From Eledone cirrhosa (Eukaryota), in assembly GCA_964016885.1 (NCBI GenBank), contig OZ024750.1, positions 12,462,001 through 12,526,000 on the forward strand: a stretch of 64,000 nt of DNA, read 5' to 3'. The number at the start of each line of letters is the position of its first letter. The stretch's first letter is position 1. The position numbers and the translations under genes were made by a program. The notes under the pieces were generated by a model, which saw only the letters and a program-made list of their open reading frames with translations, made no database searches and was not told the origin of the DNA. This document shows positions 12,891-26,974 of this stretch, one piece after another.

Positions 12891-15224
12891 ACTGGTTCCT
12901 ATATATATTTATATATATATAGAGATACACAATTAATGTCCCTCGGACTGAGTGCTCTACCAACTTATATATGTTCATTTTATTACCCCTGTGTGATCTG
13001 ATAAAGACTGTATATACATGTGTGTGTATATATATATATATATATATACACACTCACATAATTAGTGTCCATCGGACTGAGTGCTCTACCAACTTATATA
13101 TATTCATTTTATTATAGAAATGACTTCTACAGGACTAGCACTGTTTCATTCGTTAGAAACCATCAATATATAAAACTACATTTTGTTTTTAAGTATAAGT
13201 AATTTTTTTTAAATGCTTAAAAGAACTTCCAGGTGTGTAATATAGATTCTCTCGATATTTACCTGTATATGGTGATATGTCTATATATTTACCCGTGTAT
13301 GGTGACATCTGTGTATATGGTGGTACCTATCTATATAATATTTATCTGACATATCTATATATGTACCTGTGTATGGTGATACCTGTCTATATATTTACTT
13401 ACGTTTTATACTAAAGCCGAGTGATATTCGGGTAATACCAACACGAGTTTCTTAGTTTAGTCACACTGCTTCTATTTCTCTCTGTGTTTCAACTTTGTTC
13501 TATTTCTCAGCTAGGTATGGTGTATAGTTTATTTATAATCCCCGACGTTCACTTTCAATGCCCATTGATGTCCTAGTTTCTTACCTGAACTAAACAAAAT
13601 CAAAAGTTAGCAAGTAATTAGTTAATTAGTTTCCAGTTAGAAGAATCTCTGAAGATATTTATTGCAATTTAAAGTATTTCTCACTGATATGATTCAGTTA
13701 TTTCTTCACAACAAAGTTCCATTAATGCCGGATGTATAGTACTAGTAACTTCGTTGTATGTATGTACGATACATTAATAGCTTAGTCAGTTATAAATCTT
13801 AGAATGATTTTATATCTAATAAAGTAATAATCCTTTCTAATAGTCGGTTTATTTTTTTAGTCTAATTACTACAAATTATAATATTACGATTAGTTTGAAG
13901 CAACCGTTTCCATCCACCGGGTAAATAGTTGTTACCACGTCGGAAGTTGAATGCAGGAGTAAAATAATTCCTAATGTATGGTGCTGTATTTATTTTTAAC
14001 TAGAGAACCATAGGGAATAATTTTTCTTGAAAATGACTACATGAAAGCTGTTGTTATTTTATATTTTACTTCAGTATGTGATAAATCAGTTGTTGTTTTT
14101 TACGTAGGGTGGTAATGATTAGTGTAGGACGTTTTTGTGTTTCTGGCTCCTTCAAAACGTGTTTACGTTAACGTAATATGTTTTTATATATTTGGTATTG
14201 AAAATAAAAGTACCAGTTATATACGAGGGTAATGTATTTCTAATATCCCCCTCCACCCACTAAAAATATCTTTGTTTGTGATAAATCTATGGTTCGATCA
14301 AGATCGAAGGGTGATGAATGAGAGAGAGAGAGAGAGACAGCCTTACAATTAATTGTGGTTTTTAAATCCTTTTGGAGTCGACGTTTGATTATTATACGCC
14401 CCCTCCCCCCCACCCAACATATCAGGTGATGCCAGCGTGAGTACTTGGTTATTCCAGAGTCTTAGTCTCGCTATCACCTACTGCGATATTGCCAGTGTGT
14501 TGACTTGCCACGAAAATAATTAGAGGGAAACCCCAACGCCCCTTGAGACGTGTGATTTAGTCTGTATGCCCCCCCCCCCCCATATATATATATATATATA
14601 TATAATGTGTGTAGTACTGTGTTTATTTGTATGTATTGTATCAAAATAAACTTATGCAGGCTTTTTTGCTTTAGGATTATTTAATGAACATATAAAATAT
14701 TCAATACAAAATACATGTAGACGAATGATTTCCTCTATTAAAAAAAAAAAAAAAAATGGGCCTGGCGAACATGAAATCCTGACTTAAATAGACAGGTGTG
14801 TTCTGTTTTCACTATTGGATCATGACTGCGCTTTTATATAGCGTCGTTGAGTGGACAAATCACTTGCTGAAGGCAACATGTCTATGCAAGAATATATTTA
14901 ATTATACATATGAACCGTGTCTCTCAAACGGACAACAATAAGCTAGACAAGATATTTTACAATATCGTGTTTTTTCAGTGTAGATCTTCCTATCAATAAT
15001 GTATCGAAAATCCTATCACTGAGAGAACTGTAACTGGTAAGATAGAAATCGAACTCAGCAGGGCTAACTAACGAAATATTCGTTTAATGTGAGGCCCACT
15101 GCTTCTGTAGCCGAGCTGGAATTAACGACAAACTATTTTTTCCAGCCTGTGGTGTTCGAGTTGTTAGGAAGAGCAGAGTCGCTGACAAGGAAGTTCTTGT
15201 TATTATTGGTGGCTCGCTTTACTG

Positions 15225-16150
15225 AGATATCAGGTAAGGGTGCTTGGTTGTTCCAGCGCTTTAGCTTCGCTATCACCTGGCCATACCGAGGTATCGGGTG
15301 ATATTCCAGGTGAGGGTGCTTGGCTATTCCAGCACCTTAGCCTCGCCATCACCTGACCACACCGAGGTTTTAAGTGGCACCTTAGCTTCGCTATCAGCTG
15401 GCCTTACCGAGGTATCAGGTGATATTCCAGGTGAGGGTACTTGGCTATTCCAGCACCTTAGCCTCGCCATCACCTGACCACACCGAGATATCAAGTGGCA
15501 CCTTAGCTTCGCTATCACCTGGCCTTACCGAGGTATCAGGTGATATTCCAGGTGAGGGTACTTGGCTATTCCAGCACCTTAGCCTCGCCATCACCTGACC
15601 ACACCGAGTTATCAAGTGGCACCTTAGCTTAGCTATCAGCTGGCCTTACCGAGGTATCAGGTGATATTCCAGGTGAGGGTACTTGGCTGTTCCAGCACCT
15701 TAGCCTCGCCATCACCTGACCACACCGAGGTTTTAAGTGGCACCTTAGCTTCGCTATCAGCTGGCCTTACCGAGGTATCAGGTGATATTCCAGGTGAGGG
15801 TACTTGGCTATTCCAGCACCTTAGCCTCGCCATCACCTGACCACACCGAGGTTTTAAGTGGCACCTTAGCTTCGCTATCAGCTGGCCTTACCGAGGTATC
15901 AGGTGATATTCCAGGTGAGGGTACTTGGCTATTCCAGCACCTTAGCCTCGCCATCACCTGACCACACCGAGGTATCAAGTGGCACCTTAGCTTCGCTATC
16001 AGCTGGCCTTACCGAGGTATCGGGTGATATTCCAGGTGAGGGTACTTGGCTGTTCCAGCACCTTAGCCTCGCCATCACCTGGCCACACCGAGGTATCGAG
16101 TGATATTCCAGGTGAGGGTACTTGACTGTTCCAGCACCTTAGCCTCGCTG
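15225..16150. repeat. 121-bp higher-order tandem array (45-bp + 76-bp related subunits)
   Basis: ACCGAG of the 45-bp subunit recurs at 15361, 15482, 15603, 15724, 15845 and 15966. The subunits share GCACCTTAGCYTCGCYATCASCTG. Confidence 0.9.
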
Positions 16151-16582
16151 CCACCCACGGTAATGTTGCCAGTGTGTTGGCTTACCTCAACAAATATTAG
16201 ACAGTAGCTCCGGTACACCTTATGGTATGTGTGACATTTAGTGTTAACTTAATATTTTCTTTCGTTTTGACTCTATATTTCCATATGAAATACATATGTA
16301 ATTTTACCGTGTTGTTTACAGAGATGAGCTCTACCACCTCATTGTACTTTTTATACTGTTAACTGTCGAGGCTGGTGGCTATTGACATGGTTATACATAT
16401 ATACATATATATTGACATCAACAGCCGATTATTTAGCTGTTACTCCGCCATCCCCCATCGATTTGGCTAGGTTCAATAAATTCAGTGAAAAGAAAAATGT
16501 TAATGTAAAATGATATATCGGCTGTACTCATTATTCTCCCCCCCCCCCAAAAAAAAGGAAAGAAAGATAATCTGTAACTTAT

Positions 16583-17168
16583 TCTACCTGGCCAAAAGAC
16601 CGTACCTTTTTATACCTGGCCAAAAGACCGTACCTTATTATATCTGGCCGAAAGACCGTACCTTATTATATCTGGCCGAAAGACCGTACCTTATTATATC
16701 TGGCCGAAAGACCGTACTTTATTCTACCTGGCCAAAAGACCGTACCTTTTTATACCTGGCCAAAAGACCGTACCTTATTATATCTGGCCGAAAGACCGTA
16801 CTTTATTCTACCTGGCCAAAAGACCGTACCTTATTATACCTGGCCGAAAGACCGTACCTTTTTATACCTGGTCCAACAGACAGTACCTTTTTTATACCTG
16901 GTCCAAAAGACCGTACCTTTTTTTATACCTGGTCCAAAAGACCGTACCTTTTTATATCTGGCCAAAAGACCCTGCCTTTTTATACCTGGTCCAAAAGACC
17001 GTACCTTTTTATACCTGGCCGAAAGACCGTACCTTTTTATATCTGGTCCAAAAGACCGTACCTTTTTATACCTGGTCCAAAAGACCGTACCTTTTTATAC
17101 CTGGCCGAAAGACCGTACCTTTTTATATCTGGCCAAAAGACCCTGCCTTTTTATACCTGGCGAAAAGA
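16583..17168. repeat. 28-30-bp minisatellite (about 20 copies)
   Basis: TAYCTGG(T)CCRAAAGACCGTACCTTWTTA units. It explains ORF 16510-17181. Confidence 0.9.
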
Positions 17169-17534
17169 CTTCGTTATTTAAGCTTAGCTTTTACGCTGGT
17201 GATTTCCGTGACATTTTGTTTAGTGAAATCATGAAACAAAAATACACTTGTGGTTTTATGACCTTAATATCGTTATTGTATCAACACCTGACACATTGTA
17301 TAAAACTCACATGTACAGCAGTTTTAGAATTCTCTAGAGAATTAGATCAACGTTGTCTTGTTTAAAAAAAAACAATTTGGCGAATATATTTAAAAACAAA
17401 AACCCCAAAACAAGTGAAAACAAACAAAAAAAGTCACTACTACGTATCTTTTTTTTCTTCTTTCTATTGTCTTAACTTTTGATCATAGCTCAACAGTTTT
17501 TGTTTTTAGTATTATTTAAATGACATAGTTTTAT

Positions 17535-17824
17535 AAATTAGGTAGTAACATGTGCTTAAGCTGTATTTGACTACATAGAATTAGTCTGTTAGTTGGGATT
17601 TAAAAAAAAAAAATAACCCTCTGAAAGGAAAAAAGGATGAGTATTGACATACATGGGACACGAATCTATATCTTTGGTTTGCTGGACCAATGGTAACCAA
17701 AGATGTGGGTTTGTGTACGTAAATACTCATCCTTTTTTCCATTCAGAGGGGTTTTTAAAATCCCAACTAACAGACTAATTTTATGCCGTATATGACTGCA
17801 TAAGCACATGTTACTACCTAATTT
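17535..17824. mobile_element. imperfect ~290-bp fold-back (MITE-like)
   Basis: AAATTAGGTAGTAACATGTGCTTA...TAAGCACATGTTACTACCTAATTT. Internal blocks (TTAGTCTGTTAGTTGGGATTT, AAAAAAGGATGAGTATT) are also inverted. Confidence 0.75.
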
Positions 17825-17893
17825 TCAAATTCGCTAGCCGTTTCTAAACAAAGCCTGCTTCATGTCTCCCTATTTATATATATATATATATAT

Positions 17894-18185
17894 ATATTGT
17901 TATACTTTGGGAGGGTCATGTTGCCAATAAGAAACACACGCACCAGTTGCTTTCACTTCAATTTATTATATATTTATAAATTTATAAATTTACAAATCTA
18001 TAAATTTCTGGTTGGTTGGTTGGGTCCACAACCATCTGGTTGTGGAACCAACCAACCAACCAGAAATTTATAGATTTGTAGATTTGTAAATTTATAAATT
18101 TATAAATATATAATAAATTGAAGTGAAAGCAACTGGTGCGTGTGTTTCTTATTGGCAACATGACCCTCCCAAAGTATAACAATAT
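17894..18185. repeat. near-perfect 292-bp palindrome
   Basis: ATATTGTTATACTTTGGGAGGGTCATG...CATGACCCTCCCAAAGTATAACAATAT, centred at about 18035. The arms differ by one substitution and an 8-bp duplication. Confidence 0.9.
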
Positions 18186-18274
18186 CGGTTTCAACACACG
18201 ATTTCAGATAAAGAATCTTGCTAAACAAATTCAGAAACGAAATATATATATATAATTTTATGTATATTATAGTT

Positions 18275-18480
18275 GCTCTTGTTATTTGGGTTCAGATCAA
18301 CCCTGATCTAGCAGACACATGATAAAGCGTATTCCACTTGTGACCATCCCGTATTTTTAGTGACATATACCTAAGACTATATTACCTAACATATCTTTTC
18401 CTTAAGACGTTAGGGTGGTGTGTTCTGTGAGATTTGGCTGTTGTTTATAACAGTTCAAGCCACTACAGTGAGGCTCTCCT
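18275..18480 (-). mobile_element. dispersed repeat, unclassified
   Basis: Diverged homolog at about 43048-43290 (GATTTG..GCT..TT..TA, TAGGA(C/T)TA..ATTA blocks). Confidence 0.4.
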
Positions 18481-18609
18481 ATATCATAGCTATTGTTTAT
18501 TTATGAAATATTTCTGTCACCTTAGTTTCATGCAAACATCAGCTTTATCATTATATACTATTTAGTTCCAAGGACTTCTCTTATAATAGAAAGTAGCTAA
18601 TAATGATAA

Positions 18610-19530
18610 TAATGGTTTCTACTTTTGGCACAAGGCCAGCAATTACCCCAGTACATTACTGGTACTTTATTTTATCGACCCTGTAAGGATGAAAGGCAAA
18701 GTTAACCTCGACAGGATTTGAACTCAGATCATAAAGGGATGTAACTATGCTGCAAAGCATGGCGTCATACCCTCTAGCGATACTGCCAATCCACCGCCCT
18801 AATAATAATAATGGTTTTTGATTTAAGCACAAGGCTAGCAACTTGAAAGGGGAAAAATCGATTGAATCGACACCAGTGCATTACTGGTACTTTAACCCTT
18901 TAGTATTTACATTACCCTGTATTTACTATTGTATTTTTGTGGTAAGGGCTTTACCTCACATAATTATCTCACATGATATTGAATCTATGAAATTTTGATA
19001 TTATTTATTTTGAGAACAATACCTTAACATCAGTATGAGTGGCCGGTTTCAACAGAAAATGGTGAGAGAATTCTGGCCAGATATGGCCGGTTTAATTTAT
19101 CGACCCCTTAAGGATGAAAGGTAAAGCTAACCTCAGCAGGATTTGAACTCGGGCAGTAACTAAATGCCACAAAGCATATTGTCCGGTGCTCTACCGATTA
19201 CTCCCAAACCACTGCCCTTATAATAATAATAATAATAATAATTGTTTCTACTTTAGGCACAAGGCCAGCAATCACCCAGTGCATTACTGGTACTTTATTT
19301 TATTGACCCCGTAAGGATGAAAGGCAAAGTCAACCTCGGCGGGATTTGAACTCAGATCGTAAAGGGACGTAACTATGCTGCAAAGCATGGCGTCCGACCC
19401 TCTACTGATACTGCCAATCCACCGCTCTAATAATAATAATAATAATAGTTTCTACTTTTGGTGCAAGGCAGCAATTTGAAGGGAATGTGTAGTCAACTAA
19501 ATCAACCTCAGTGCATTACTGGTACTTTAT
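18610..19530 (-). mobile_element. stack of four family-A SINEs separated by (AAT)n; the second is split by a piggyBac MITE (18893-19095)
   Basis: Copies at 18610-18800, 18810-19217, 19238-19428 and 19445-19530. Confidence 0.85.
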
Positions 19531-19622
19531 TATAGGAGTATGTTTGTTTGTATAAGAAATATATCTAAAAGCCTGCATTCCAAAGTTTCAGTTGTTGGAT
19601 TTCAGAAGTTGAGTTGGGAATG

Positions 19623-19822
19623 NNNNNNNNNNNNNNNNNNNNNNNNNNNNNNNNNNNNNNNNNNNNNNNNNNNNNNNNNNNNNNNNNNNNNNNNNNNNNN
19701 NNNNNNNNNNNNNNNNNNNNNNNNNNNNNNNNNNNNNNNNNNNNNNNNNNNNNNNNNNNNNNNNNNNNNNNNNNNNNNNNNNNNNNNNNNNNNNNNNNNN
19801 NNNNNNNNNNNNNNNNNNNNNN
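19623..19822. other. assembly gap (200 N)
   Basis: Run of N. Confidence 1.
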
Positions 19823-20587
19823 AGAACGTTGAATAGAGTACTTTGCAGTATTTATTATTTATTTCGGCCCTCTGCTCTCTGAGTTCAAATCCCACCGAGG
19901 TCAACTTTGCCTTTCATCCTAAAAAAACAAAAAGTCCCAGTTAATTACTGGGGTCGATTCTTCCTTTATATTTACTTTTCACTTCCATTCTCTCACTCTT
20001 TCTATCTTGCTCTTGAAGAAATCTGCTGTATTCAGACCTGGAGAGAAGACAGGCTCTGCTAGGTTTTAAAATGCCCTAGAAATGTTGTATAGCAATAGGG
20101 TGCCCCTGCAGCTCAGTCATGTGTTACAGGATCATACATTAAGTGGAGAAGAGATTTAAAAAAACAGAAATTCTAAATGTTTGTTTACAGAATCCTGATC
20201 TCCTATGTTTAAAACATATAATTCAGAAAATATTTCCAGAGGGGTGGAAAAAAACCCCAAACCATTTAACAAGTTGTGTTCTCTAAAGCAGACTGAGATG
20301 TGTGCATAAAATGAAAAAATTGAAATTTAAAAAAAAAATGGTTTTCCTTTGCAGAATTGTAAACTCTAGTTTTTAAATCGTATACATCAAAAGAACAATA
20401 TTTTTTTTTAAAATAAAAAATAAAAGAAAAATGTGAAAAAAAAACCTTATGTGCAGGTGCTGGTTTTAATATTTAGTTGTGTATTACACACACTTCTCTC
20501 TCTCTGTATATATATATATATACACAGACATATATATATATTAGGTGGTATCAAAAACTTTCTAGACTACGGGAAAGCTTTAATAGT

Positions 20588-20872
20588 AAGGTGGTTGGGT
20601 TGTGCTGGTGACATAACAATAAGCACCTGGTCCACCATTTAAGGTGGTTGTGTTGGTGACATTAAGCACCAGGTCCACATTTTAAGGTGGTTGTGCTGGT
20701 GACATGACAATAAGCACCCAGTCCATGCTGTAAATGTAGTTGGCATTAAGAAAGGCATCCAGCCATAGAAACTAAGCCAGACATGGTCACCTCACCTGAC
20801 TTGTCTCCCAATAGGACAACTCGTCTAACCCATGCTAGCATGAAATATGGACGTAAGATGATGATGATGATA
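20588..20872 (+). mobile_element. RTE-type 3' UTR fragment with (GAT)n tail
   Basis: GTTGGCATTAAGAAAGGCATCCAGCC...AACCCATGCTAGCATG...GGACGTAAGATGATGATG, with three ~45-50-bp subrepeats upstream. Confidence 0.7.
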
Positions 20873-21290
20873 GGATTTTGTCATACATAGTTTGGATAAC
20901 TCCATACCTTTTCAAAACTCTTAATATGATTGTGAAATAATCTTTTAAAACTTTTTAAAAGAAAATTCACTGGAGATTTTGTTAATTAATCCTTTCATTA
21001 CCAAACCTTCTGAACCCTTAGTTCTATGATACAAAGCTGTTTGTTTTAAAGTAGTTATTTAAAAACCTTCCATTGCATTTTTATGTAAAGACATTTATCA
21101 AGTTATGTTCCTAATAATAGGGAAGTTTATTCTATTAAGAAATCTCTCCAAAATCTTGATTATTTTTTAAATGATTTGAAAGCCATAGGCAGTGTCATTC
21201 GCAAGAAATATGATAACGAAAGGATAAATATATTATTTAGAAGCATTCTAATTGAAAAACGGTAATTTCTGCCTTATTTTTTTAAGGAAA

Positions 21291-22087
21291 TAATTGTTTC
21301 TACTTTTGGCACAAGGCCAGCAATTACCCAGTACATTACTGGTACTTTATTTTATCGACCCCGTAAGGATGAAAGGCAAAGTTTACCTCGGCGGGATTTG
21401 AACTCAGACCGTAAAGGGACGTAACTATGCTGGAAAGCATGGCGTCCGACCCTCTACCGATACTGCCAATCCACTGAAGGAAATAATGATTGAGAAAATG
21501 TTAAAAAGTGTAGTGATATGAAAATAGATATTTAAAATTATTTTAGTTAATTTGTAAACAATACTTTTAAAATAGTTGACTAATAATTGTTTCTACTTTA
21601 GGCACAAGGCCAGCAATTACCCAGTACATTAGTGGTATTTTATTTTATCGACCCCGTAAGGATGAAAGGCAATAATGGTTTCTAATTTAAGCAAAAGGAC
21701 AACAATTTGGTGGGGAAGGGGAGGTGGATTATATCAACCTCAGTACATAACTGGTACTATATTCAGAAGGCTGAAAGGTAAAGTTGACCATGGTAGAATT
21801 TCAACTCAGAAGATAGCAGGCCATCACGTAACCCTTTAGAATTGAAACCAGCCATAACCGACCAGAATTCTCTTACCTCTTTCAGTTCAAACCGGCTGTA
21901 ACCGGCTGCTCATACTGGCATATTGGTATTGTTCTCAAAATAAATAATACCAAAATCTCAGATACAATATTATGTGAGATAAAGCCTTTATTGTGAAGAT
22001 ACACTAGTAAATATAGAGTATGTAAATGCTAAATGGTTATATACTACAAAGCATTTTCTTTGATACTCTAATAATTCTGCCAATCCA
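21291..22087 (-). mobile_element. family-A SINEs; the last is interrupted by a piggyBac MITE (21829-22040)
   Basis: The SINE body resumes at 22041 (TACTACAAAGCAT...CTGCCAATCC) after the MITE. Confidence 0.75.
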
Positions 22088-22557
22088 ATGTAGAATTGTT
22101 TTACATAAACAAAACTAAGTTTCTTCTTTAGTGACATCTGATGATCTGAGAATCTAATTTTTTAAACAGTTTAAGAACAATAGAAAAGTTTTCCTATCAG
22201 CTTTTCTTTTTCTAATTGCTGTCTTCTATCATCAGTTGTTGCCATTATGAATAAGTTACTGTTCATTCCAGTTGTTATACATATTCATACTTGTTTTGCG
22301 ATTAATGATATACTTAAAGCTAATATATAAGTAGTATGTGATCAGTAAATTGATGTGGATGTCTCTTATTTTTCTTTTAAGTTGTAAAGTGAATAAGTTT
22401 CAGCATAAATAAAATTTCTGTTCTTTATTTACATGTTGAGGAAAACTACTTCATAACAATATCCTGGAATATGCATAAAATAAATCGAAATGTGGACATA
22501 TTAGAAGTGGTTTTGAAATAGGAAAAAACATATTACGAGTTTATATATATATAAACC

Positions 22558-22731
<174 letters not shown>

Positions 22732-22732
22732 A

Positions 22733-23083
22733 AGGAGGCACATGGCTTAATGGTTAGAGCATTGGCCTTGCAATCGAAAGGTTGTGAGTTCAATTCTCAG
22801 ACCGGGTGATGTGTTGTTTCCTTGAGCAAGACACTTTATTTTCACGTTGCTCCAGTTTACTCAGCTGTAGAAATGAGATGATAGGGACTGGGGTCCATAT
22901 CATACCACTGCAAAGTGGTCGTGGAGGTGCCATGGCAAAAAAGCACCCAGCACTCACTGTAAATGAGGTTGGTGTTAGGAAGGGCATCCAGCTGTAGAAA
23001 TCAAGCCAACATCAGTTCCCGTCGCACCCTTGCAAGCAAGGAAAAAGCGGACGTAAAATGAAATGATGATGAATGATGATGAT
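22733..23083 (+). mobile_element. tRNA-derived CORE-like SINE with RTE-derived tail (octopus OR-like)
   Basis: A-box TGGCTTAATGG, B-box GAGTTCAATTC, TTCCTTGAGCAAGACACTT, tail matching the RTE 3' UTR and an (ATG)n end. Confidence 0.85.
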
Positions 23084-24251
<1,168 letters not shown>

Positions 24252-24254
<3 letters not shown>

Positions 24255-24950
24255 TAGGTGACCGAATTAGCAATGGAGGTGGAAGACTTACGTAGATTAG
24301 AGAGAAACAAAGCCTGCATGCTCCGGTGGATGTGTAACAGTAATATACGTGAACGACAAAGCATACATGAATTGAGAGAGAGACTGAGCATAAGAGGAAT
24401 CAAATGCTGTGTGCAGGAGAGGCGGCTGCGCTGGTATCGACATGTGATGCGTATGAAGGATGACAGCTGCATAAAAAGGTGCAGAGCACTAGAAGTTGAT
24501 GGAAACCGCGGAGTGGGGAGACCCAAGATGACCTGGGATGAGGTGATAAAAGCCGACCTTACCCAATTACACCTCTCAAAGACAATGACACACGACCGTG
24601 ACTTCTGGCGTCACGCAGTAATACATAGTACCCGACCTCCCACGGGTACAAGCTGAAGCATATAGACAATATGCGCCCACACCCCCCACCGCAAGGTGGT
24701 CGTGGAGGTGCCATGGCAAAAAAGCACCCAGCCCACTCTGTAAAGTGGACGTGTAGGCGCCACGAAAAAGCACCCAGCACTCACTGTAAATGAGGTTGGT
24801 GTTAGGAAGGGCATCCAGCTGTAGAAATCAAGCCAAATCAGTTCCTGTATGAGCAAGGCATGGTCAGCCGACCAGACACTGCCCACAACAGGACAACCCG
24901 TCTAACCCATGCTAGCGTGGAAGAACGGACGTAAAACGGTGATGATGATG
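24252..24950 (+). mobile_element. 5'-truncated RTE LINE (second subfamily) with internal deletion
   Basis: [11 protein letters not shown] is joined to [18 protein letters not shown]...RRLRWYRHVMRM...GRPKMTWDE, followed by the 3' UTR and a (GAT)n tail. Confidence 0.9.
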
Positions 24951-25035
24951 ATATATATATTTATATATATTTATATATATATATATTTATATATATTTAT
25001 ATATATATATATTTATATATATTTATATATATATA

Positions 25036-25074
<39 letters not shown>

Positions 25075-25075
25075 T

Positions 25076-25152
<77 letters not shown>

Positions 25153-25211
25153 TTATATATATTTATATATATTTATATATATATATATTTATATATATTT
25201 ATATATATATA

Positions 25212-25254
<43 letters not shown>

Positions 25255-25425
25255 TTATATATATTTATATATATATATATTTATATATATTTATATATAT
25301 ATATATTTATATATATTTATATATATATATTTATATATATTTATATATATATATATTTATATATATTTATATATATATATATTTATATATATTTATATAT
25401 ATATATATTTATATATATATATATT

Positions 25426-25456
<31 letters not shown>

Positions 25457-25647
25457 TTATATATATATATATTTATATATATTTATATATATATATATTT
25501 ATATATATTTATATATATATATATTTATATATATTTATATATATATATATTTATATATATTTATATATATATATATTTATATATATTTATATATATATAT
25601 ATTTATATATATTTATATATATATTTATATATATATATATTTATATA

Positions 25648-25692
<45 letters not shown>

Positions 25693-26131
25693 TTATATAT
25701 ATTTATATATATTTATATATTTATATATATTTATATATTAGAATGATCGAGTATCGAAAAATCGGTGCACGAGTTCACGATAAACAAAATTCGAAATGAG
25801 CGGCAGAGGGCTCAATAATTCAGATGAATCAGAGCTATAACTATCGTTAAAATACCGTCACACATAGAACAAGTCTAAAATCAACCATACGATAAAAAAA
25901 TCGATAATAGAAGATTCGGGACAATCAGATAAAAAATATCAATAAATCAATAAATCAATAATTTAAATGAATGTAAAATCATACCCGGACCCACTAGAAA
26001 GGTGTTAAATCTAGCTTCTTGGGTTTCTGTAAATCCTTAGACTGTACTCTATCAGCTCACATATAAATATATAAGACTTCTAGAATAAGCGGACTGGAAA
26101 TTTACTTTTTCAACGAGCTTCGTCCTAGCGG

Positions 26132-26239
<108 letters not shown>

Positions 26240-26913
26240 TTATATATATTTATATATATTTATATATATTTATATATATTTATATATATTTATATATATT
26301 TATATATATTTATATTTATATATATGTTTATATTTATATATATGTTTATATTTATATATGTTTATATTTATATATATTTATATTTATATATATTTATATA
26401 TATATTTATATTTATATATATTTATATATATGTTTATATTTATATATGTTTATATTTATATATATTTATATATATTTATATTTATATATATTTATATTTA
26501 TATATGTTTATATTTATATATGTTTATATTTATATATGTTATATTTATATATATGTTGATATTTATATATATGTTTATATTTATATATATTTATATTTAT
26601 ATATGTTTATATTTATATATATTTATATATATTTATATTTATATATGTTTATATATATTTATATTTATATGTTTATATTTATATATGTTTATATTTATAT
26701 TTATATATGTTTATATTTATATATATTTATATTTGTATGTTTATATTTATATATGTTTATATTTATATATATTTTTATATTTATATATGTTTATATTTAT
26801 ATATGTTTATATTTATATATATTTTTATATTTATATATATTTTTATATTTATATATGTTTATATTTATATATGTTTATATTTATATATGTTTATATTTAT
26901 ATATGTTTATATT

Positions 26914-26974
<61 letters not shown>

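Noticed and set aside
16510-17181. 223-aa repetitive ORF or CRISPR-like array
   Set aside because: A 28-30-bp minisatellite with frame-shifting units and no spacers.
22733-22805. tRNA gene
   Set aside because: A/B boxes are present but continue into a SINE body, and there is no convincing cloverleaf.
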